Source: Octopus vulgaris (taxonomy: Eukaryota). Taken from it: a DNA stretch of 64,000 nt. Positions 53,735 through 64,000 of this stretch are shown piece by piece; position 1 is the stretch's first letter, and each line of letters opens with the position of its first letter. The notes beneath the pieces are model-generated. The model ran no database searches. It was not told where the DNA came from and saw only the letters and a list, made by a program, of their open reading frames with translations. The stretch is taken from contig OX597820.1 of assembly GCA_951406725.2 (NCBI GenBank), positions 31,124,001 to 31,188,000 on the forward strand, in the 5' to 3' direction. The translations under genes were made by a program, and so were the position numbers.

Positions 53735-54945
53735 TAGTTAACACACACACTATTTCAATTCCATTTGTTTTCTTTATTATTAGTCAATTGGTTAAATATT
53801 CAACTAACTAATTTGTTTGTCAAAGCTCTTTTGTTGCGACTTGCAGCCTCTTCAATAACTATTGACTTAGTGTAGTATAGAGGCTGTGTTTGTCTATTTG
53901 AAATTTGTTGTGTGCATGCCAACGTGTGCTTGTGTATGTATGTACATATGTATGCATGTAAATGTATTCTGCATATTCATGTTTGTGAACATGCTTGTGT
54001 GTTTGTGCATGTACTGCTGCTTCCTTGTGTGTACGTGTTTGTGCATATGAGTTTCTGTGAGAATGCACATGTACCTGTTCTGTATGCAGGTGTGTTTATA
54101 TGTATGTGTGTATGCATGTGTGTATATATGGTCATGTGTTTCTGTCTCCTTATGTGTGTGTGTGTGCTTGCTTTTCAGTCCATGTTACCTATATACCTCC
54201 CTCCATACCTATGTATATGCCTATCTACATACCTACCTACTTATCTACTTATTAGCTGGTCTATCTTCCTACCTATTTACCAACCTACATAACTGAAGTA
54301 ACTAACAAGCTATATAACTGACCTAACCACCTAAAACCCATCTACTTACCTACCTACTATTTACCTAGCACAGGTGAGGTTAGATTTGGCATGTATGTAT
54401 ACTCTGTGGGTGCTATCTGTGGCATTGGGGTGTCTCTACCTTCTGCATGTATTTCCAATTTTGTACAGGTAATGTTTCATTTATGAGGACAAGCTCTTGT
54501 ATTTGTCTAAGTGACGGGCCCTTCGAATGCTTGGACAAAATGCAGATGTCAATTCAGCACAAACACATGACCATATGTAAACACACATACACACACACAC
54601 ACACACACATAAAGGCACACATGCATACTTACACAAACTCATATGCATATGCACACACGAAGAAGCAGAGGCACACAAACACATGCGCACACAACAAATC
54701 TCAGACAAATGTGGCCTCAATAATGGACTATGCCAATAGTCATTAAAAAGGTTGCAAGTAGCAACAAAAGAGTTGTGAGAAAGAAAAAAACCGAATCAGT
54801 TGGATATTTTACCAATTGACCAATAATAGAGGAAAGGAATGGAATTGAACCAGTGTGAGTTAATTATACTGGCATAATGATTCAGACATAACAAAATTTG
54901 TTTCAACACACAAATTCATATAAAGAATCTTGCAAACATACAAAA
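53735..54945. mobile_element. Second, older inverted pair of the same or a related family (arms ~53735-54160 / ~54560-54885)
   Basis: Inverted homology; shares the tail ttcaacac...tcatataaagaat.ttgcaaac with 53630-53670; minus-strand ttgaagaggctgcaagtcgcaacaaaagagc is hammerhead-like. Confidence 0.5.
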
Positions 54946-55693
54946 ATGGTGTGTGTGTGTGTGCGTGTATAATTATCTCTGTTCTCTATGCTGGCATGGG
55001 TTGAATGGCTTGACACAACCTCGTAAGCCAGAAAGCTAGTCTACACATGTATGTGTGTGCACAGGAAGTGGAGGTTTGTGTATCCTTCTTGACATAGTGT
55101 GAGCATTATAAACATGTGTCACCATCATACAAGCAGCATCATTCATTCCCAATCTTCCATATAAATATGCCTGATCATGGGGAAATAATACATTAAGTAA
55201 AGCTAGGTAAAGGTTGGTGACACAAAGGGCATCAGGCTATAGAAAATCTGCCTCAAAAAATTCCAAGCATGGAAAAGTAGAATCCAAAACAATGATGAAG
55301 ATGAAACTCCATGTTGTTCCTGTTGTTTAACCTCAGGTTTGTTGAACTGTTCTCTGATGCAAATTATTCTGTGACCATAATCATTTTCCTTTGTCCCAGA
55401 CTGTATCAACGACATTATCTTTTTACGGTAATAAGGTAATATTTAAAGGAGATTTGGCAGCTATTTCTAGCAGGTTGTGCAATCACATTGATACTTTTCT
55501 TTCACTGGCTCAAGAAAGTGAACATTGTATTGTGTCCTATTATTAAACCTTTTTTTTTTTTTTAACTAAAATGGTAGCAAATAAAGGTGCTATTGAAAGA
55601 GATCTAAGTGGTCTGGAACAAGAAAAGGATCAAAGAAATTAATCAGAAAGCCAAAACAAAGAGAAACAAAAGACACTTATGTTAGCTACTTAC

Positions 55694-55793
55694 TTGAAGT
55701 AATGCAATAAAGAGAAAAAACTGGTTAGCATATCTCCCAAACTGCTCAAACAAAAACTTTGGAAGAAACGAGGCAAAATTGTATTTGGCAGTG
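55694..55793 (-). CDS. ATP8A1: Flippase exon (100 nt, phase 2->0): [33 protein letters not shown] (TM1)
   Basis: tttcag|C acceptor and CAA|gtaagt donor; classic P4-ATPase N-terminal T.KY...FLP..L.EQF.R.AN..FL motif. Confidence 0.95.
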
Positions 55794-56534
55794 CTGAAAT
55801 AAAGGGAAAAGAAGAACAATGAAAGAAACATGAAAAGAAGAAGAAATACAGAAATACAAATATGTCAAATGTGTATGTGTGTATATAAATATATATATAT
55901 CATCATCATTGTTTAATGTCCATCTTCCATGCATGCATGGGTAGGATGGTTGACAGGAGCCGGCCAAATAAAAAAAGACTACCCTAGGCTACTGTGTGTT
56001 TTGGGAGAGATTTTATGGCTGGATGCTCTTCCTAACATCACCCACTCTGCAAAGTGGACTCAGTGCCTTTTACATGCCACTAGCACAGGCGAGGTTAGTT
56101 TTGGCATGAATTTTACAGCTGGATGCCCTTCCAAACACCAACCATGTTACAGTGTAGACTGAATGCTTTTAACGTGGCATATGTAAAAAAAAAACAAGGG
56201 AGTTGAATGAAATTAAACTTGTCCTTATCATCACTGACATTATTGCAACTTTCATGTTTTTGTTCAAAGACTAAAAATGATAGGCACTGATAACATACTG
56301 GTATTTAAACTGATTCACAGAAAATCTCTTGTGGTTCTTTACATTCTGAGGTCAGATACCACTAAGGTCAGCTTTACCTTTCACATCTCCAAGATTGATA
56401 AAACAAAATACCAGTCAAGTACTGAGATGCTGATGATATCAACTAATCTCCTTCACCAAATTTCAGGCCTTGTGCTTATGCTAGAAGCATTTACTGTATT
56501 ACAATCTAGTAGTAGTAGTAGTAGTAATAATAAT

Positions 56535-57005
56535 AAAGCAACCATACTCTGGGATATGCAAATAAACACAGATAGAGAAATTAGGGCCAATAGGTTAGAT
56601 ATAGTTGTCAGAGATCATCAAGAATAAAAGTATTTTCTAATTGATGTATCAGTACCAACAGATGACAATGTTTCTCTAAAAGAAATGGAGAAACTTTCAA
56701 AATACAAAGCTGAAAATAGAGGTAACTCGAATGTGGAGCCTAAAAACAGAAACAATTCCTATCATAGTAGGTACATTAGGTATGATAAAAAAATATACAG
56801 ACAAATACATAACAAAAACACCAGGACTAACAAGCATATATAACATACAAAAAATAGCACTACTAGGCACTGCACACATCCTACGCAGAACACTTTCCAT
56901 ACAATAACCATCAGAGAATCACAACAAACCACAGCACATACCCAAGGCACACAGAGCTGCGCTCGGTAGTGCAGTGAAAGCACGTGATAAAAATAAGACT
57001 ACTGA
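56535..57005 (+). mobile_element. Second R4/Dong-type 3' fragment (RLE domain plus 3' UTR), a different subfamily from 5059-5767
   Basis: ILWDMQINTDREIRANRLDIVV...LIDVSVPTDDNVSLKEMEKLSKYK...MWSLKTETIPIIVGTLGMI...GTAHILRRTLSIQ*; (TAA)n on both sides. Confidence 0.85.
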
Positions 57006-60000
57006 ATAATAATAATAATGGACTCTCCCATCAAAGATGACATGTGTTCAGCTATTTGCTGAATGACTTGCACAGCTTACTTTCTCCATCAAACTGATGT
57101 TGCCTGAAGAGGTGGTCAGTGTATCGCAAGTCAAGTGTCGAAGTGATCATAGAGTAACATAAGATGAAGTGTTTTGCTGTAGAACAAAACACACCACCCA
57201 GTCTCGGAATTGAAGTCACAATCTTGCAATCATGACTGCAACACACTAACCACCAGGCCATGTATCCTCATACAATAACTACAATAACAATAATAATAAT
57301 AATGGTTTCAAATCCTAGCACATGGCCAGCAATTTCAGGGGAGGAGATAAGTCAATTAGATCAACCCCAGTGCTCAACTGATATTTATTTTATCAACTCT
57401 GAAAGAATGAAAGGCAAAGTCAACCCTGATGGAATTTGAATTCAGAACGTAAAAATGGATGAAATGCCTCTAAACATTCTGTCCAGAATCCCAACAATTC
57501 TGCCAGCTTGCTAAAATATTAAAGACACACACAGAATCCATCAACAGCTTCATTGACAGACTGATGTGCCAGCTGTTACCATTCTATCTTTAATATGAAC
57601 ATATCAATCTCAGATTTTCAACAGTGTTGCCATGTTTCACACATGAGAACCAGACATGCTAGAAATACCAGCCTGTCTCTCTCACATTACACCCTGCTAT
57701 TTAAAAAAAAGAAAAACATGTTGAAGAATGTAACACTAGAAACGTATATCAAAGACAAGATGGAGATTTAGTTCTAGTTTCTAGTAAGTCAAACAACCAT
57801 CTTTATTTCTTTCATAGTGTCACATTTGTGGCTCACCATCATTGTTTACATTTTAATCCTCTGGCATTTGAGCCAATCATATCCAGCCTTAACATTCAAC
57901 CAGTTTTATGTTCAAAACAGGTCAGATCCAGCCTGTTACACCTATCCCACAATGTCATTGCAAAAATAAACAATCGCATTATAAAAATCTCAAAGTGACG
58001 AGATAATGAATGATTAATTTAAAACAGTGTGAATAAATAAGTATTACATTTAAACAGAGTCATCTGGATGCTGAATGGCTAATCCTCATCATGAAATGTC
58101 ATACATAACCTCATTGAAGCACAAAACACTAACACATGCACAGACATTCATGTATTACACAGCACCATTTGCTGAACTTATTACCATTAAATTTGGAAAT
58201 AAAGGATTACAGTTTGAATCCTGAAAATATTTTTTCTTTTATTTGTTTCAGTCATTGAACCATGGCCATACTGGGGCACTACATTGAAAACTTTAGTTAA
58301 TCAAAATTCACCCAATTACTCAAGTCTGCTGCTTATTCTATTAATCTCTTTTTGCCAAACTGCCCTGTTAGAAGGATGTAAAGTAATGAACATGAGTTGC
58401 CAAGCTGCAAAGGACAAACAAAAACACACATGCACAGATGGGTACAGGCATGGCTGTGTGGTTAAGAAGTTCACTTCCTAACCATGTGGCCTGAGGTTCA
58501 GCTCCTTTGCATGACACTTGAGGCAAATTTTTCTAATATAAATCTGGGCCAACCTTGTGAGTGGATTTGGCAGCTGTAACCAATCCTTTTTCTATAGGAA
58601 CAAGGCTTGAAATTTTAGAGGAGGAAGCTAGTCGATTACACTGACCTCAGTGGAATTTTAACTCAGAACATAAAATTACTATAACTGAAAGAAGATGTGT
58701 GTGTATGTGTGTAAAAGGATGCCTGTCTGTGTGTCTGCATGAGCAGCTTTGCATTTCCCTAATCTACATACATATTTGCTTGCTGATTACAAATAATGGT
58801 CTTGTTCATATGTCCTGCATGCAGCCCACTGCAAAAGCTTGTCCAGGCTTTTTTTGTTTTTTTACATGCCTTGACATCTTGCACAATCTTTGTAGACAAA
58901 AACCTCATTCATACAATGTTGTTTGCTTCCGATTCTGCATGTAGGCATGTCTGAATAGTTTGTTATTCGATAACTTGGGAGATTATTATCTCACTTGGAA
59001 ACAAGCAGGGATGAAGAACAGGAAGGGTATGCAGAAGCAGAAAAATTTGCTCCAACATACACTCATCCGACCCATGCAAAAGTAGGCATTGAAATGATAA
59101 TTTAAATTCATGTTGTAGGACAAGTTTCAGTTTCAATAGAAACTATATTCTCTAAAAATGAAGTGAACACATCTCTCTCATTTCTCCGACACAAATCAAC
59201 TTGCATATATGTGGTGAGATTCAGCATAGTTTCCATATGGCTTTGAAGACACAAAACTACCAGATTGTTTGACAGGGAAAATAATGACAATGTCACAGTT
59301 TGTAGGTCAGCAATTTTTGGAGGTGTGCAATGGTAAACACAAACACACACACACACAATGGGCTTCTTTCAATTTCTGTCAACCAAATCAACACTCACTG
59401 ACAATGTTTTGGTTGGCCTAGGGCTATAAAAAGAAAACATATTTGTCTAAGGTGATGTGCAGTTGAACTGCACCCAAAACCATGCAATTCTGGAGCAGAA
59501 TTCTAAACCCCATAGACAAGGTTTCGAAAAAAAAATAAAAAAGACTTAAGGTAGTTTCAATTTCCAGCAAGGTAAAAAGAAAAAACAAAAACAAACATTT
59601 CAGTTCAGTTCAGATCAGTTCACTTCACTTTATTTACACCGTTAATGGCATCGAGGAAAGGTATAAATGTTGGCACTCTTCTTTCCCTTTCACTAAAGAC
59701 TTGCAGGTTTTATAGATTTGGCAGAATGAAAAATTATAGCTGTAGCTGTGAGAACACTGCCAGCAAGACAGCTGCCTACATCACTTTCAGCTTTACATCA
59801 AACATATTTGCTACACTGAACTGAACAAATTTTACAATAGATGTGAAGGAAACACATATTGGAGAGTCTGGTAGAACTTGACTTTAATGTGTCGCTGCAG
59901 TTTATAGATACACGTAAAGCATTATGCATACACACAAACACTGAAGTAAATGCAGGTACACGCATATAAGCACTAAGGTAAATGTAAATCAGACGCACAC

Positions 60001-60009
60001 ATAGAAAGA

Positions 60010-60778
60010 TATATTTATATACACACATACACATATATACATACATACTTATATACATACATACATACTTATATACATACATACATACTTATATATGTAT
60101 ATATACATATATACATACATACATATACATACATATATATATACATACATATATACATACATACATATATACATACATACTTATATATACATACATATAT
60201 ACATACATACATATATACATACATATACATACATACATATACATACATATATATATACATACATATACATACATATATATATACATACATATACATACAT
60301 ATATATATACATACATATACATACATATACATACATATATACATACATACATACATACATACATATACATACATACATACATACATACATACATACTTAT
60401 ATACATACATATATACATACGTACATACTTATATACATACATATATATATATACATACATATATACATACATATACATATATATATACATACATATATAC
60501 ATACATATACATACATATATATATATACATATATACATACATACATATACATACATATACACAGACATACTTATATACATGTATATTAATATATGTATAC
60601 ATATCTCTGGGAACACACACACAGTGTGTGTTTTTAGAGATGTGTGTCTGTATATGACAGGAAATTAGATTTATTGATTAGTATCAATATAAGTGCAAGA
60701 AATAGAATGTGTTCAACAACTCTACACTAATCTATTAGATATACATATATATATACATATATGTATATATATATACAC

Positions 60779-60815
<37 letters not shown>

Positions 60816-61015
60816 CACATACATATATACATATATATATACATATATATATATGTATATATATGTATGTATAGATACATAGATATCATACATGTCTACA
60901 GATATCTATTATACACACCTATAAAGATAAGCATATGTGTACAGTGTGTGCATAAGCTTAAATATTGTATATATTATGCATACATATAATTATATATACA
61001 CATATATATATATAT
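60010..61015. repeat. Large (TACA/TA)n compound microsatellite
   Basis: Direct inspection; it produces spurious Y/I/H/M/V/C ORFs. Confidence 0.95.
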
Positions 61016-61228
61016 ATTGGTACATCTGCGTGCATGTGTATATGTGAGTGTGAATGTGTATGTGTCACTGTTCATATGGGGGAGTAAGGAGAAAGATTGA
61101 GAGAAAGTGTGTGTGTGTGTGTGTGTGTGTGCATGTATGTGTTAATGTTTAACAATTCTCAATGTGGTGAGCCTAAAGATATCACAATAAACGTTTAGAG
61201 TAACAAAAATGCACACTTGTAGGAAACT

Positions 61229-61262
<34 letters not shown>

Positions 61263-62552
61263 TCCACAAGAACACACCTAAAAGTATGTTCACACACGAG
61301 GACACATACATTCATGCACAAGCACATTTCCAAAAGCAAGTATATACGCACGCATGCTTAAGCACACACCTAAAAGCATGTTTATACACACACAGACACA
61401 AGAATGAGTACTAAGAAATAATGTTATTGTTAACGAAGGAAGTCACCGAGTTTATATCGTTTCCAAGAAAACAAGTCTGAATAAGAAATAGATAAATCGT
61501 AATGTAATCAAATGCATAAGAGTTATGACCATTCCATCATTGTAGGGTTACATTATATGTCCTTTCTTTAAGATTTAAGTATATGGTAAGATCCCCCACC
61601 TCAGATATGATACAGAATCAAAAAACTGATCAACTGGGGTTAACCTTTCATTTAGGAAACAAGAATAATCAGTAGGAATACATAAAATCTGAAAGCAAGG
61701 GAAATAAATCCAATGAGATCAATCAACTGGAACAATATATTGGACAATATAAATAATACAGACTGACGTGGATCTGCTCTTTAAACCCAACTAATGGAAG
61801 TAAGGCATGTTTCAATATAATTAGACCTCATCAGCAAAGCATACTCTATTCAGCTGGCAAAACTTAATTGAATGGATGAATAAATGATAGCCATCCAGAT
61901 GGTAGCTTGAGGTTAGGAGCCTCAAACACAGCCCGTCTTAAGTTTTAAGGCTCTCTTTAGGATGGAAAGGGTTGGGTTCTCTTCCAATCTGATTTACTGC
62001 CAAGGTTGACTATTTTAGCTTTTGCCTCTTCACATGCACTCACATGCAGTGAAGGTGTATACTCTGAGTTTGTCTTCCCTCTGTATGACTGTTGAATCCA
62101 GACTGCCCACCTAGATATATTACCAGACTATCTGTTGAACTGCTTTCTCCTGGAGACATGCTTTAACTAAAAATGAAGTGTCTCACTCCTAGCAGTCTTA
62201 CTGCATTCAGGACACTAAACCTGTGTATTATGCTATGACTTAGAGTGAACATTATATATAAATTTGAACTATATACCTGACCACTGACGTTGGTGTTTTT
62301 GTGTTCATGCTAGAATTTATCTTTTTGAAAGTGGGATAATGAAGTTCAGTGTTGACTCTGGTGGATTTGACTCAAAGATACAAAGATGAGACAAGAGGAA
62401 ATGAGGTGGGAGAGGATATGAGACAGGACAAGGTGGGAGGGGATATAAGACAGGGTGAGACAGGACAGAGTGGGAGAGGATGAGGGAAAGAGAGGGAGGG
62501 GATAGGATATGAGATGAGACAGGATAGGAGTGGATATGAGACGGGGCAGGGT

Positions 62553-62957
62553 GGGAGGGGATGCAAGATGGGACAAAGCGGGAGGGGATGCAAGATGGGA
62601 CAAAGCGGGAGGGGATGCAAGATGGGACAAAGCGGGAGGGGATGCAAGATGGGACAAAGCGGGAGGGGATGCAAGATGGGACAAAGCGGGAGGGGATGCA
62701 AGATGGGACAAAGCAGGAGGGGATGCAAGATGGGACAAAGCGGTAGGGGATGCAAGATGGGACAAAGCGGGAGGGGATGCAAGATGGGACAAGGCGGGAG
62801 GGGATGCAAGATGGGACAAAGCGGGAGGGGATGCAAGATGGGACAAAGCGGGAGGGGATGCAAGATGGGACAAAGCGGGAGGGGATGCAAGATGGGACAA
62901 AGCGGGAGGGGATGCAAGATGGGACAAAGCGGGAGGGGATGCAAGATGGAACAAGGT
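62553..62957. repeat. 27-bp G-rich minisatellite (gggaggggatgcaagatgggacaaagc) x ~15, with degenerate flanks 62390-63300
   Basis: Unit starts at 62553 and recurs every 27 nt to 62931; near-identical central copies. Confidence 0.95.
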
Positions 62958-63829
62958 GGGAGGGGATACAAAATGGAAGAAGGCAGGAGGGAATACAAAA
63001 TGGAACAAGGTGGGAGGGGATACAGGTGTGAAATGGGATGAGGAAGAAGGGGACATGGGACAAGACAAAGGAGGAGGGGAAACTGGACAGGACGAGGTGA
63101 AGCGGGAGGGGATACGGGGGAAAGGATGAAGCAAGACAAGATGGGATGGATGAGACGGGACGGGTGAGGAGACGGGACGAGCAAGGAGACGGGACGGATG
63201 AGGAGACGGGACGGGCGAGGAGACGGGACGGGTGAGGAAACGAGACGGGCGAAGAGACGAGACAAGAGTGGAGACAAGACTGGAGAGGAGACAAAACCAG
63301 ACAAAAGCAGAAAGAAAACAAGACAAAAATAAAAGTCAAGAAAGAATAAAGCTGTGCTATAACCAAATACTAAGACAATTGAATTACAAAGTGAGTCTAT
63401 AAATGACACAAAGACATCTTCTTCAGACTTCATTATTTTTACTGCTGCCACCCAGCCCACCCTAGGACCCAATTACCAATTCTAATAACATCCACCCCAT
63501 TCACAAACATGCACTGTCAAAGTATCAAAGTTATCATTTCATTTTCCTTATTTGTTATCTTGTTTTTGTATTATCTCTCTTTTCAAAATCTTTATTTCAT
63601 AAAAAAATAATTAAGGTATAAAATTAGCAGCACTTTATGACATTTGCTTTTCTTTTCTTTTTTTTTTTTTTTTTTGCTTTTAGATTTCCTAAATCAATTC
63701 ACCACGGAAAGAATTGCAAAGAATCGACAAGGAAATTAGCATGATCGTTTACATTATTATACAACGAATGAACAAATGAATAAAAAAAAAAAAATGAACG
63801 AGCGAATGAGAGACAGAAAGACAAAGAGA

Positions 63830-63842
63830 ATGAGAGAGAGAG

Positions 63843-63873
<31 letters not shown>

Positions 63874-64000
63874 ATGAGAGAGAAAGAGAGAAAGAAAGAG
63901 AGAGAGAAAGAGAGAAAGAAAGAGAGAAAGAAAGAGAGAAAGAAAGAGAGAAAGAGAGAGAGAGAGAGAGAAAGAGAGAGAAAGAGAGAGAAAGAGAGAG
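63830..64000. repeat. (GA/GAAA)n microsatellite
   Basis: Direct inspection. Confidence 0.95.

Larger units (their letters stand above)
5901..55793 (-). other. ATP8A1: Partial gene span: P4-type ATPase phospholipid flippase, ATP8A1/ATP8A2 (Drs2)-like; 10 internal exons, both ends outside window
   Basis: Exons splice in frame with GT-AG sites to give [33 protein letters not shown]|[33 protein letters not shown]|KRHRADEGVNNREVL|VLKNGDW...PADLLLLSSS|[23 protein letters not shown]|GLP...|...LLLRGAMLRNTKWIFG|IVIYTGHESKLMLN...|ILNLF...WYLG|...[30 protein letters not shown] and PISL are P4-ATPase signatures; QQ and SPTGRYTT are typical of ATP8A. Confidence 0.95.

Noticed and set aside
59738-59780. 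Minus-strand TGGCAGTGT resembling the miR-34 seed in a small hairpin
   Set aside because: The sequence diverges from miR-34 after nt 9 and the stem is too short for a pre-miRNA.
60069-60989. ORFs rich in M/Y/V/C/I/H/T (also 34633-34989, 53859-54746, 12347-12655)
   Set aside because: Translations of (TA/CA/TG)n microsatellites.
62317-63472. Longest ORFs in the track (326-366 aa, several frames, both strands)
   Set aside because: They arise from a stop-free 27-bp tandem repeat that is open in all frames; no domain or splice support.

Overview
AT-rich, microsatellite- and SINE-saturated animal genomic DNA. The repeat families resemble those I recall from Octopus/coleoid cephalopods (inference). 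The window lies inside one large minus-strand gene, a P4-type phospholipid flippase of the ATP8A1/ATP8A2/Drs2 group. I can splice 10 internal coding exons (55793->5901; 964 nt, ~321 aa) with GT-AG sites and consistent phases. They cover TM1-TM4 and the A-domain (LLQ|[18 protein letters not shown]). The start exons and the P/N-domain exons lie outside the window. The introns hold several tRNA-derived SINE families, RTE and R4/Dong-type LINE remnants, hAT/piggyBac/mariner MITEs and simple repeats. The most unusual signal is a set of Penelope-like or retrozyme-like elements carrying minimal type I hammerhead ribozyme motifs, often as head-to-head inverted pairs. The best example (17663-18464) joins a tRNA-derived Pol III head to an intact hammerhead core, is flanked by an 11-bp target-site duplication and contains a near-perfect ~110-bp hairpin. 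Two speculative phase-compatible cryptic exons and several long intronic dsRNA-forming structures (candidate ADAR substrates) are also noted. Repeat boundaries are approximate and family names come from recall, not database searches.
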